A DNA stretch of 64,000 bases from an uncultured Actinomycetes bacterium. GTDB lineage: Bacteria; Actinomycetota; Actinomycetes; Streptosporangiales; Streptosporangiaceae. The position numbers were made by a program, and so were the translations under genes. Within the stretch, counting starts at the first letter, position 1. Each line of letters opens with the position of its first letter. Under the pieces are notes generated by a model. It made no database searches. It saw only the letters and a list, made by a program, of their open reading frames with translations, and was not told the DNA's origin. This document shows, one piece after another, positions 30,291-39,976 of the stretch. The stretch spans positions 123,105 to 187,104 of the forward strand of contig CAWFRO010000003.1 of the NCBI GenBank assembly GCA_963818225.1, in the 5' to 3' direction.

Positions 30291-30600
30291 TCACGAGGTA
30301 GGGCGGGGGAGAGTTCTGCGCAGGCCGTCGCGGCCCGCGGTGGTTGTCCCGCTGAAGCCCTGCCCGGCGCGCTGCGCCCAGTCCGCATCCGTGATCGCGT
30401 CCGGTTCAGCCGGGAGGTAGTGGCTGAGGATGAGCTCGCTGACCCGGGCGCGCTCGGCGACCCCGCCGACTTCGCTGACATCGGTGTGCAGCGCGGCCAT
30501 CCGGGCCAACTCAGCGGCGTCGGTGCCGTGCCGTTCGAGGTAGCCGAGGTCGGCCACCTGATGGACGAGGATGTCGGCCCCCTCGGCCAGGGCGATACGG
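30291..30600 (-). pseudogene. C-terminal half of an MBL-fold metallo-hydrolase
   Basis: ALAEGADILVHQVADLGY...LHTDVSEVGGVAERARVSELILSHYLPAEPDAITDADWAQRAGQGFSGTTTAGRDGL matches the C-terminal third of MBL/RNase-Z-like hydrolases. The N-terminal metal-binding part is absent. Confidence 0.45.
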
Positions 30601-30810
30601 CGGCCAGGTTCAGCGCCCGGGCCGGATCGCATGGCTGCCATGCAGTGCCAGCGCGACGCCGGGACAGGCGAAGACCAGGGCGGCGGCGTCGGGGATCGGG
30701 CCTCCAGAGCGGCGACCACTGGCAGATGACGGGTGGCGTCGACCATCCGGTACTGGGCGGTGAAGCTCACCGCGGCGGCGGCCGCGGCCAGGACGCCGCC
30801 GCCCGGCGGC
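30600..30810 (-). pseudogene. Frameshifted DUF2637-like fragment (second mobile-element remnant) abutting the MBL stub
   Basis: VLAAAAAAVSFTAQYRMVDATRHLPVVAALEA / PIPDAAALVFACPGVALALHGSHAIRPG / LNLAAV, read across three frames, resembles the conserved core of actinomycete DUF2637 proteins. Confidence 0.35.
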
Positions 30811-31240
30811 CGCGTTACGCAGCTACGGGCCGGAACGGTCTCTGCCAGGCTCGGCCCGGCCGCTGGCGTCGCGGGCGCCTCGGAGCGCGACCCCGGATGC
30901 GACACCAACCCTGCTGAAGAGGACGGACATGATGACTGCAACCCCAGCCCACCGCCATGAGCGCGTCTCTTGTGACGATAGCCCGCAGCGTGCCAGAGGA
31001 GAATCACGGTCCCTTTGCATGCCGGCTTCGTTCGCCGCCTCCAGCATGGCAGCAGGGCCGGCGGCTCGCCGAGACCGCAGGTAATAAGCTGGCTGGATCG
31101 GGCTGCCGAGCGCGCCCGGCGGCGCGGAACTCGATGCTCGGCAGCTCGGGCAAGTCGTGACTGCGGCCACCGCGGACCGAGCTGCTTGAGGTCTCGGCTC
31201 ATGCTGGTGTGTACGGCCTCTGCGAGGCTGGAGGATAGTG

Positions 31241-32650
31241 ATGCGCTTTGCTGACATGGCAGCGGTCGCTGTAGCCCAGACTGGCGGCGAGGTGGTCCCG
31301 GCCCGGGCGCAGATGGCGACGACTCTGGGGTTTCACATCATCCTGGCCTGCCTGGGGATTGCGTTGCCGTCGGTGGTACTGCTGGCGGAGTTCATCGGCC
31401 TGCACCGCCCCGACGAGGTGGCGCTGGTGCTGGCGCGGCGCTGGTCGCAGGCGATGGGGGTGCTGATCGCGGTCGGCGCGGTCACCGGGACGGTGCTGTC
31501 GTTCGAGATGGGCCTGCTGTGGCCCGGGCTGATGCGCCAGTACGGGGCGGTGCTCGGGTTGCCGTTCGGCATCGAGGGCCTGTTCTTCTTCCTGGAGGCG
31601 ATCTTCGCCGGGATCTACCTGTACGGCTGGCGGCGGCTGCCGGGCTGGGCGCACTGGTGGACGGGGGTGCCGATCGCGGTGAGCGGCATCCTGGGGGCGA
31701 TGTCGGTGATCGCGGTTAACGCGTGGATGAACCAGCCAGGCGGCTTCACCGTCAAGGACGGCCGGATCGCGTCCGTGAACACCTGGCAGGTCTTCTTCAA
31801 CCACGCGGCCATCTATGAGATGCCGCACATGATCCTGGCCGCCTACATGGTCGCCGGGTTCACCGTCGCCGGGGTGTACGCGGCGGGCATCTTGCGCGGC
31901 CGGCGCGACCGCTACCACTACACCGGCTTCGCCCTGGGGTTCGTCCCGGCCGCGGTGCTGACCCCGTTTCAGATCTTCGTCGGCGACACCGCCGCCCGTG
32001 CTATCGCGCACGACCAGCCGGTGAAGTTCGCGGCGATGGAGTACGTTGCGCGCACGTCGAGAAATGTCCCCGAGTGGCTCGGCGGTGTCTACGCCAACGG
32101 GCGCATCTACGGCGGCCTGAAGATTCCGTACGTGGACTCGCTGCTGGTCGGGTTCGGCCCCGGTACGCAGGTCACCGGGTGGGACAGCGTGCCGCCGGCC
32201 GACCGGCCGCCCGTGGTGTGGCTGATCCACTTGTGCTTCGACGTCATGATCGGCCTGGGATTCCTGCTGTTGCTGGCGGGGCTCTGGGCAGCCTATGAGT
32301 GGTGGCGGCGCCGTCAGCTGCCGCCGCAGCGGCTGTTCTGGCTCCTGGGAGCGGTGAGCGGCCTGGCCGCGATCGTGGCCATGGAGTGCGGCTGGGTGGT
32401 CACCGAGGTCGGCCGTCAGCCGTGGGTGGTCTACCAGTTGCAGACCACCGCGGCCGCCGCGACGACCAACGGCGGTGTGATCGCCAGCTTGAGCTTCGTC
32501 ATCGTGTTGTACGCGGTGCTCGGCGTCTTGACCCTTATCATCCTGCGGGTCCTGGCCCGGCGCTGGCGACGCGGGGTCCAGGAGTCCGAAGTTCCCTACG
32601 GGCCACCGCCTGCGCTTCAAGATCATTCCTCGGGCGGAGCCGAGTCGTGA
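31241..32650 (+). CDS. cydA: Cytochrome bd ubiquinol oxidase subunit I
   Basis: SD ggagga 5 nt before the ATG at 31241. LGFHIILACLGIALP...GAVTGTVLSFEMGLLWPG...GIEGLFFFLEAIFAGIYLYGW is typical CydA. Confidence 0.9.
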   Translation: MRFADMAAVAVAQTGGEVVPARAQMATTLGFHIILACLGIALPSVVLLAEFIGLHRPDEVALVLARRWSQAMGVLIAVGAVTGTVLSFEMGLLWPGLMRQYGAVLGLPFGIEGLFFFLEAIFAGIYLYGWRRLPGWAHWWTGVPIAVSGILGAMSVIAVNAWMNQPGGFTVKDGRIASVNTWQVFFNHAAIYEMPHMILAAYMVAGFTVAGVYAAGILRGRRDRYHYTGFALGFVPAAVLTPFQIFVGDTAARAIAHDQPVKFAAMEYVARTSRNVPEWLGGVYANGRIYGGLKIPYVDSLLVGFGPGTQVTGWDSVPPADRPPVVWLIHLCFDVMIGLGFLLLLAGLWAAYEWWRRRQLPPQRLFWLLGAVSGLAAIVAMECGWVVTEVGRQPWVVYQLQTTAAAATTNGGVIASLSFVIVLYAVLGVLTLIILRVLARRWRRGVQESEVPYGPPPALQDHSSGGAES

Positions 32651-33810
32651 TCGCGGACGCGGTCGGGGGGATCTTGCTGGCCTCGGTCACCTTGTATGCC
32701 GTCCTGGGCGGGGCCGACTTCGGCGGCGGCCTGTGGGATCTGCTGGCCGGCGGCGACCGGCGTGGCCGCGCTCCGCGCGCGCTGATCGACGAGTCGATTA
32801 CTCCGGTGTGGGAGGCCAACCACGTCTGGCTCGTCTTCGACCTGGTCATCTTCTGGACCGCGTTCCCGTACGCGTTCGCCGCGGTGATGACCACGGCCGC
32901 GCTGCCGCTGTGGCTCGCGTTGCTCGGCATCGTGCTGCGCGGCGCCGGCTTCGCGTTCCGCAAGGAGGCTAATGGGCTCGGGATGCAGCGCGCCCTCGGC
33001 GCGGCCTTCGCCTTCTCCTCCCTGCTTACCCCGTTTTTCATGGGCACCGTGATCGGCGCCATCGCCACTGGCCAGGTACCCGCCGACGCCAACCACGCTA
33101 GCCTGCCGGCCTGGACCAGCCCGACGTCGCTGCTAATAGGGTTCGTGTTCGTCGGCGCCTGCGCCTACCTCGCCGCCGTCTACCTGGTGGGCGAGGCCGC
33201 CCGCCGCGGCGGCCGCCGCATGCAGGCCTACTTCACCCGCCGGGCCCTAGCCGCCGGGATCGTGACCGGGGCGCTGTCGCTGGCCACCCTGGCCGAGCTG
33301 CACAGCTCAAATGCGGCACTGTATGGCCGCCTCACCGGGCGGGCACTGCCGCTGGTGATCGCCGCCGGGGTTTGCGGCCTGATCGTCCTGGCCCTGCTCA
33401 CCTCCGGCCGGCTCCGCGGCGTCCGGGTCGTGGCCGCGCCCGGGGTGGCCGCCGTGATCTGGGGATGGGGCGTGGCCCAGTACCCGGTGCTGCTGCCCGG
33501 CACGACGGTGACTCTCAGCAACGCGGGCGCCCCGCAGACCACCCTGGTCGCGATCGTCGTCCTGTTCGCCGTCGCCGTGGTGCTCGTCGGGCCCGCGTTC
33601 GCGCTGCTGTTCTTCCTGCAGGGCCGCCGCCTCCTGCACGCAGACGACGTCGGCACGGTGCTGGCCGCCGCCCCGGCCAGCGCGGCACAACCGCCCCCGC
33701 GACCGCCAGACCAGCCGCCGCCCCCCGCCGCGTCTGGCGGCGTCCGGGCCGCGGTCCTCGGTCTGGTCGTCGTCGATGCCATCGTCCGTGCCCTCGCCCG
33801 TCGCCGCTGA
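32647..33810 (+). CDS. cydB: Cytochrome bd ubiquinol oxidase subunit II
   Basis: GTG at 32647 overlaps the cydA stop (GTGA). LYAVLGGADFGGGLWDLLAG...ITPVWEANHVWLV is typical CydB. The upstream part of the track ORF (from 32299) is an out-of-frame overlap with cydA. Confidence 0.85.
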   Translation: MIADAVGGILLASVTLYAVLGGADFGGGLWDLLAGGDRRGRAPRALIDESITPVWEANHVWLVFDLVIFWTAFPYAFAAVMTTAALPLWLALLGIVLRGAGFAFRKEANGLGMQRALGAAFAFSSLLTPFFMGTVIGAIATGQVPADANHASLPAWTSPTSLLIGFVFVGACAYLAAVYLVGEAARRGGRRMQAYFTRRALAAGIVTGALSLATLAELHSSNAALYGRLTGRALPLVIAAGVCGLIVLALLTSGRLRGVRVVAAPGVAAVIWGWGVAQYPVLLPGTTVTLSNAGAPQTTLVAIVVLFAVAVVLVGPAFALLFFLQGRRLLHADDVGTVLAAAPASAAQPPPRPPDQPPPPAASGGVRAAVLGLVVVDAIVRALARRR

Positions 33811-34111
33811 GGCATCGGCCGGCTGCACTGCGCGTCCGGGCCGACCGATCGAGATGGGCCACCGGGCGGCATGGCCGCCGATAGACCTGCCCGAAGCGGT
33901 CAGGTGACCGGCTCGCGCCATTCGCGCAGGCGCTGGCATTGCGGCCGACGGTGTATTTCGGGTCCCGGCGCTGGCCCTCAGTGCCCGCCCTGACAGTGCC
34001 GCGGCGCCCCGGCTCCGGCCGACCAGCACGGCGCCCGCCAGAGCGCACCGGCCAGAGGCTGCTGAGCCCGCTGGGCCCGGACGCCGAACCGCACCGGAAA
34101 GTCTCGTGGCA

Positions 34112-34705
34112 TCACCGGCGACTTTCCCACTGCGGACCGGTGACGGCCCAGTCTTGCCCCCACCTGGCGAGGCGGTGCCGGTCGAGAGCAACGTGACACG
34201 GCCAGTAGCAGCAGGTCAGCAGCACGGCTGCGCCCGCTGGGATCATGGTGGTGACGATCAACAGGTTAGCGATGATGTCGTCTTGGCTGGGCGGCGGAGG
34301 CTGCGGGTTGCCGGCTCGATTCAGCCATACAGATATGGCCGTCCCGGTCTGTGCATCGTAGATGGCGGGGGCGATGGCACTAGTGAGCACGCCGGAGCGT
34401 TCGGTTCCATCAGCCAGCCGCCACGTCGCCTGGGTTTCCACTACATCCGTGTTGATGACCACCGGGCCGGGCGCGGACACCACTGCTACTGTCGGCCGCA
34501 GGCGGGCCGCTGCCGCGCGCTGGGACTGGTAGAGGTGCCCGGCGAGCAGTGCCGTCGCTACGGCGGCCGTGAGGAAGGCTGCTGACAGCGCTACCAGGAT
34601 CGCGCCCTCGAGGCGGTCGCAAGACCGCAGTAGTTCGTTTCTGCCGAGGAACAGCCGCGCTATGCGTGGCAGCGGGCCTCCGGTCCGGCTGACTTCACGG
34701 CTCAT
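34112..34705 (-). CDS. Two-TM actinobacterial membrane protein, Rv1733c-like
   Basis: RNELLRSCDRLEG N-terminal motif, two TM segments, and a C-terminal RHRLARWGQDWAVTGPQW motif, as in the Rv1733c family. Confidence 0.55.
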   Translation of the reverse strand: MSREVSRTGGPLPRIARLFLGRNELLRSCDRLEGAILVALSAAFLTAAVATALLAGHLYQSQRAAAARLRPTVAVVSAPGPVVINTDVVETQATWRLADGTERSGVLTSAIAPAIYDAQTGTAISVWLNRAGNPQPPPPSQDDIIANLLIVTTMIPAGAAVLLTCCYWPCHVALDRHRLARWGQDWAVTGPQWESRR

Positions 34706-35103
34706 GGCCGTCTCCCGGTCCGGCTCAGGGTAAAGCCCCGGTGACTGGTGTCATGCTGGCGATCGGGCACATACGGGGGGACCGGTACCCGAGCCGTGAC
34801 GATTTCCGACCGGCTGTGCAGGGCGGCGGTGAGCACCAAGCCGGAATGATCATGAAGGAGGCGGCAGCGCAGCCGGTCAGATATCGCCGCCGGACTCGGC
34901 ATCCCCGGGTAGCCCACCCGCTGGTGCTGCCATGAGGTCCCGATGACCTTCACTACCACCGCCGCCGACGGCGGGCCGGTCGGGCCCATGGCCTTTCGCA
35001 CGGATGCGGTGAACGCTACCCTCCGGTTGCGCATCGGATCATTCAGCACGGTGGGCACAGCCGACACGTGGGCGTTACCCTCGCCGGTGGTCTTCTTGTT
35101 CAT
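34706..35103 (-). pseudogene. Diverged N-terminal fragment of a malic-enzyme gene
   Basis: ATG at 35103. VPTVLNDPMRNRRVAFTASVRKAMGPTGPPSAAV parallels VPSVLDDPMRNRGVAFSLDEREALGLTGRLPSAV of maeA. Later LLHD...VPPYVP faintly parallels QLHDRNE...VVYDP. Confidence 0.35.
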
Positions 35104-35150
35104 CTGAGTGACTCCTGACGTGATGAGGGAGCACGGGCGATCCCGTTCGG

Positions 35151-35688
35151 TCAAATGATCTTGGCCAGGAGCCAGAACGTGGTCGCGGTGCCCGTTCCGT
35201 ACGCGAGGTGCGCGCTCAGGTCGATGGCCAGGGTCTTGGCGTCGTACTCCCAGATCTGCTTGTACAGCCCGGCGGCGGGCAGGGCGATGTAGTCGCCTGC
35301 GAAGACCGCGGCGCCGAAGGGCAGGCCGTACAGGGCGTTCGGGCTGCGCAGTGAGCCGGCCACGAGGCCGTAGGCCGCTCCCGCCGAGGATCCGTAGCGC
35401 CAGTGCGCGGCGGTGCTGATGAGCCACGCCCAGCGGTCCGGCAGCTTGCGCTGGGTGAAGCCCTCGATCACGCGCCTGGCCACCTGCCCCGGGTCAGGGG
35501 CCGTCTCCCAGGTCTGGATCGGCGCGAATTCCCATTCCAGCGGGCTCTGAAGTGCCGCCTGCGCGACGGTACTTCAGGTAGTTGACGGCATCCAGGCAGA
35601 CGGTGCCCACGGCTCCGGCCAGGATGCCTCCGGCGACGGCCGCGAGCGGGGTCAGCGGGCGGGTTCGGGTGCGCATGGCGGGTTCCAA
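35151..35688 (-). pseudogene. Small membrane protein, frameshift near 35548
   Basis: The N-terminal ORF (MRTRTRPLTPLAAVAGGILAGAVGTVCLDAVNYLKYRRAGGTS) continues in another frame as SPLEWEFAPIQTWETAPDPGQVARRVIEGFTQRKLPDRWAW... to 35151. Confidence 0.5.
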
Positions 35689-36127
35689 TCGTTGCTACGC
35701 GGGCCAGGCCAGGTGGCGGCCTGTGTTGGTGCCACCGGGTTGCCGCTGATATTCACGATCGCGCTGGAGGGGTCGCCGTCGCACCCGTGGAAGCCCCTAG
35801 TCGGCGCCCCGGTCCCGGGCACCTGGCCCTGAGTCCGGGGCTTAACACGTGAGGGCTAGCCCGCCCGGACGCAGGCCTGCTCGCGGGCCAGAGGATCAGG
35901 CCGCCAGGCGTGGGCCCGGAGGACGGCCCGGACTTCACTGCTGAGGACCGCCGCCCGGGCGCCCGGTCAGTGACCGGCGACCTGGCCGCCGTCGGTGTGC
36001 CGGATCTCTGCCTTCCATGCGCGATTGTGCGGTGCGAGAATCGTGGCAGGGTTGAGGCCCCGGTCCGGTTCCCGGGCCCGTTGCTCGACGCGGCTATCGC
36101 GCGAGGCGCACCCAGGAGGGAACGCTC

Positions 36128-36638
36128 ATGTCGAACAAGACCGTGGTCTTGGCGATCTTCGAAGGTGAGGCATCTGCCGACGCGGCGGCCGCTTCCCTGA
36201 AGGACTCCGGGGCGGCGCACCACGATGCAATCGGCGTCCTGGTCCTTAACGAGAGGGGCGAGATCAAGGTCGAGAAGGTCGGCAAGCCCAGCGTGGGCAA
36301 CGGTGCCGGTATCGGCCTGGTCCTGGTGCTGTTCACCCCGGTCAGGCTCGGCGTCGGCCTGATAGGCGGCGGGCTGCTTGGCGCGCTTCACCACAAGGGC
36401 CTGGGGCTCCACGAGGCCGACCGCGAGCGGATAGCCAGCAGAGCTGGCAGGGGGCAAAGCGGCTGTTGGGGTGCTGGCTCCCGTCTCCGAAGCCGACTTT
36501 GTATCTGGCAAGCTGACCGAGCTGGGCGGGACCACAGAGACTCATGAGGTCTCCGACGAGGCCCTCGAGGAAGCCCACGCGGCCGCTACGACGAACAGGG
36601 CCGTGAGCCAACTGGCCGAGTCGCACTGGCTCGGCTGA
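36128..36638 (+). pseudogene. Gly-zipper small membrane/stress protein (DUF1269-like), frameshift near 36440
   Basis: SD ggaggg. MSNKTVVLAIFEGEASADAAAASLKD...GAGIGLVLVLFTP...GGGLLGALHHKGLGLHEADRERIAS, then in another frame ELAGGKAAVGVLAPVSEADFVSGKLTELGGTTETHEVSDEALEEA to the TGA at 36636-36638. Confidence 0.55.
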
Positions 36639-36902
36639 GATTGAGTGCGTTGCTGCTGAGAAAGGGCCGGTTGGCGCGTGCCCAGCTCCGTGTCAAAAGA
36701 AGCGCATCCAGGACCCTAGGCGGCCGCTCATAGGTAGCGATCAGGCTTTGATCGGGACCGGGTCGGCTTGATCGAGGTGCGTCGGCTCGGGGATGACCCC
36801 GCAGGGCCGGCGTCATGACAGCAGCTGCCCGCCGAGCACAGGAGCGCCGTGGTGAAGCGCTCTGTTGACGCCTGTCCCGCTCGGAAACTCGGTCTCGTAT
36901 CG

Positions 36903-38043
36903 TGAGCTGGGGTTCTGCTGCGGGATCAGGGGCGTGGCTGGGACCATCTCGGGGTGCTGTTGTCGACCGTCTACCGCTTGATGAGGTGCCTGGTCGGCTT
37001 GCTGGCGGTGCTGGTCCGGTCTGATCTGTCCAAGGACGCCGAGCTGCTGGTGCTGCGCCACGAGAACCAGGTGCTGCACCGTCAGCTCCGCGATCGGCTG
37101 CGGTGGGACCATGCCGACCGGCTCTGGCTTGCGGCGCTGTCCCGGCTGGTGAGCCGCCGCCGGTGGCCAAGGGTCTTCCCGGTCGCCCCGGCCACGCTCC
37201 TGCGCTGGCACCGTGACCTCGTTGCCCGCAAGTGGGACTACACCAGCCGGCGCCGGCCAGGACGGCCGTCCACCGGCACTGGGGTCAAGGCGCTGATCAT
37301 CCGGATGGCGCGGGAGAACCCGGCCTGGGGGCACCGGCGAATCCAGGGCGAGCTGGCGAGGCTCGGTCATGCGATCGCGGCGTCCACCGTATGGGAGATC
37401 CTCCACGCCGCGGGCATCGAACCAGCGCCCCGCCGGGCCGGGCCCACCTGGCGGGAGTTCCTCGCCGACCAGGCTCACGCGATCATCGCCTGCGACTTCC
37501 TAGTAGTAGAAACCGTCCTCCTCAAGCGGCTGCACGTGCTGGTGTTCACCGAGCACGGCACCCGAAGGGTGCACCTGGCCGGAGTGACCGCCCACCCGAC
37601 CGGGGCATGGGCGGTACAGCAAGCCCGGAACCTGGCCATGGACCTGGATGACCGCCTCGGCGCGCTGCGGTTCCTGGTTCATGATCGCGATCCGCTGTTC
37701 ACTACCGCGTTCGGGGAGGTGTTCAAGGCCGAAGGCCTGAGGATCGTCACTACTCTGCCGAGGACGCCGAGAATGAACGCCATCTGCGAACGCGTCATCG
37801 GGACCCTCCGCCGCGAATTGCTGGACCGGACCTTGATCCTCAGCGAGCGCCACCTGGACCTGGTGCTCCGCGAGTACCTGACCCATTACAACGGCCACAG
37901 GCCGCACCAGTCCCGGCGTCAGCGGCCCCCGGACATCGAAACGCAGCCCGTCGGGAACGTGGCCGACCTGCGATCCGTCCGCCGAAAACCCGTCGTCACG
38001 GGACTGATCAACGAATACCGCAACGCCGCGTAACCCCAGCTCA
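36903..38043 (+). mobile_element. Insertion sequence, single rve-type transposase (IS481/IS3-like), 1141 bp
   Basis: Perfect 12-bp terminal inverted repeats TGAGCTGGGGTT (36903-36914) and AACCCCAGCTCA (38032-38043), giving TG...CA termini. No clear target duplication is seen. Confidence 0.75.
36954..38033 (+). CDS. DDE transposase with integrase-core (rve) domain
   Basis: 359 aa. DAELLVLRHENQVLHRQL, LLRWHRDLVARKW, WGHRRIQGELARLGH, IACDFLVVETV...DRDPLFT...PRTPRMNAICERV...YNGHRPHQS. Confidence 0.85.
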   Translation: MLLSTVYRLMRCLVGLLAVLVRSDLSKDAELLVLRHENQVLHRQLRDRLRWDHADRLWLAALSRLVSRRRWPRVFPVAPATLLRWHRDLVARKWDYTSRRRPGRPSTGTGVKALIIRMARENPAWGHRRIQGELARLGHAIAASTVWEILHAAGIEPAPRRAGPTWREFLADQAHAIIACDFLVVETVLLKRLHVLVFTEHGTRRVHLAGVTAHPTGAWAVQQARNLAMDLDDRLGALRFLVHDRDPLFTTAFGEVFKAEGLRIVTTLPRTPRMNAICERVIGTLRRELLDRTLILSERHLDLVLREYLTHYNGHRPHQSRRQRPPDIETQPVGNVADLRSVRRKPVVTGLINEYRNAA

Positions 38044-38420
38044 GACCCGTAACTCAATATTCGAGCGGCACACCGTCCGGCCCTGCAGGTCGGCGCTTCG
38101 CGGTTAGTCCGGTCAATAGGTAGAGCAGCCCAGCTGACCGTAACAGCCCTGGGCACTTTGCTGCCGTCGGCTCCGACGACCGTCCGGGGCGTCACCAGCA
38201 ATTACCAGATATTCGGGCGAGCAGGGCTGCTGCTCCCGGGTCAACTCTCGGCAACGCGTCTGAGTAAGCGGTCTGGACACTGCACAACGCAGCACGGCAC
38301 CACACGCCACGAGACTCCATGTGATCGACGTCACACAGATGTCCTAACAAAAATCCTAACAAGCCGGTTAAGAAAAACTTGGGGATCCCGTCAAACCCGC
38401 AGGTCACCGACTATACAAGA

Positions 38421-38498
38421 TGGGGTGAGCGAGGGGACTCGAACCCCCGACACCCAGGACCACAACCTGGTGCTCTAACCAACTGAGCTACGCCCACC
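38421..38498 (-). tRNA. tRNA-His (GTG) with encoded G-1 and CCA
   Basis: Folded by hand as G-1, acceptor GTGGGCG/CGCTCAC, D arm GCTC-AGTTGGTTA-GAGC, anticodon arm CCAGG-TTGTGGT-CCTGG, T arm GGGGG-TTCGAGT-CCCCT, discriminator C, CCA. Confidence 0.9.
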
Positions 38499-39246
38499 AT
38501 CGTCGCCGCATGTCCCGGCGACAGCAGAACGCGCGCTGCCCCGGGGGACATCGCGCGGCCTTCGAAGAAGTATAGCGGTCCCGGCAGGCCCTCGCGTCAG
38601 GTGCCGACTCGGTCCGGTGCGTCGCCGGCGCCGCTGTGCCCGCGCTGGGCTCGGTGTACCGGGCGGCGATCTCTCGTGCGGTCGTGGAGTCCGGGCCCGG
38701 CTGCGGAACGAAGACCGTCTCGCGGTAATAGCGCAGTTCCTGCACGCTCTCCCTGATGTCGGCCAAGGCCCGGTGCCCGCCGTGCTTGGCCGGGGAGGCG
38801 AAGTACGACCGCGGGTACCAGCGGCGCGCCAGCTCCTTGATGCTGGACACGTCGATCATCCGGTAATGCAGGTAGGCGTCGAGATCTGGCATGTCCCGCG
38901 CGATGAACCAGCGGTCGGTGGCGATGGAGTTACCGCACAGCGGTACCTTCTTGGCCTCGGGGACATGCCCGCGCACGTAGCCAAGCACGATGTCCTGCGC
39001 CTCGGCGATGGTTATCCCGCTGGGCAGCTCGGCGAGCAGGCCGGAGGTGGTGTGCATCTCGCGGACCACGTCGGGCATCTCGGCCAGCGCCTCCGCCGGA
39101 GGCTTGATGATCACGTCCACGCCCTCATCGAGCAGGGTGAGGTCGGCGTCGGTCACCAGGCAGGCGATCTCGATAAGGGCGTCCCGCTCTATGTCGAGTC
39201 CTGTCATCTCGCAGTCAATCCATACCAGCCGGTCGTTCACCCTCAT
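38488..39246 (-). CDS. orn: Oligoribonuclease
   Basis: [12 protein letters not shown]...EIACLVTD...[13 protein letters not shown]...[14 protein letters not shown]...[11 protein letters not shown], the DEDDh exonuclease motifs. The last approximately 40 aa look non-coding and the ORF overlaps tRNA-His by 11 nt, so the true stop is uncertain. Confidence 0.85.
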   Translation of the reverse strand: MRVNDRLVWIDCEMTGLDIERDALIEIACLVTDADLTLLDEGVDVIIKPPAEALAEMPDVVREMHTTSGLLAELPSGITIAEAQDIVLGYVRGHVPEAKKVPLCGNSIATDRWFIARDMPDLDAYLHYRMIDVSSIKELARRWYPRSYFASPAKHGGHRALADIRESVQELRYYRETVFVPQPGPDSTTAREIAARYTEPSAGTAAPATHRTESAPDARACRDRYTSSKAARCPPGQRAFCCRRDMRRRWWA

Positions 39247-39249
39247 AGC

Positions 39250-39944
39250 CTATGGCCTCAGCTGTCGTGCGTCGCCAATAGCCGAACCGGGCGCCTCACC
39301 CCGGGTGCGGATGTGCCGCGGGACGCCGATCCCGGGCCGGAGAGCGGCATCGGGCTCTGGCGCCCCGAACCGGGTCGTCACCGGCACCACGCCCGCCCAG
39401 ATGTCCAGTGCGTAGTCCTCCGGCTCGTCCGATGGTCCGCCGCCGCGGATCTTCACCGAAGCCTCGGCCAGCGGCAGCGCCAGCACCGACGTCGCGGCCA
39501 GCTCCTTCTTGCTCGGCTGCCGCGCATAGGACCACTGGCCGGGAGCGAGGTGCTCGGTGATGGCACGCAGCGCCATGGTCCGCTCCGCGGGATCGGTGAC
39601 CAGCCGGGCCACGCCGAAGATCATGGCGCTTCGGTAGTTCATCGAGTGGTTGAACACCGACCGGGCGCACACCAGCCCGTCCAGGTGCGTGACGGTGACG
39701 CACACCTCTTGTCCGCTTCCCGCCGCGAAGCTGGAGTTCGCCGACGACCCGTGCAGGTACATCAGGTCGCCGAGGCGGCCGTACCCAGTGGGGAGCACGC
39801 GTGGCGCGCCGTTGACAACGACCCCGAGGTGGCAGATGAGCCCGGCGTCCAGCACGGCGTGCAAGTCACCCGATCGGTCCGGCCGCGCTCACGGTGCCGT
39901 CCCAGCGCGGTGCGCGGGGTGCTGGACAGGTCAGGCATGCTCAC
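39250..39944 (-). pseudogene. Pyridoxamine-5'-phosphate-oxidase-family (flavin-binding) protein, frameshift near 39870
   Basis: The N-terminus MPDLSSTPRTALGRHRERGRTDR joins LHAVLDAGLICHLGVVVNGAPRVLPTGYGRLGDLMYLHGS only if one G is added to the GGG run (complement of 39869-39871). The gene is otherwise intact. Confidence 0.7.
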
Positions 39945-39976
39945 CCGGGAAAGCCTGTCACACCTCGCAGTACCTG

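Noticed and set aside
35967-36127. Minus-strand frame ending ...GLNPATILAPHNRAWKAEIRHTDGGQVAGH upstream of the DUF1269-like gene
   Set aside because: There is no in-frame start codon, it overlaps the neighbouring gene's start region, and I cannot assign a family.
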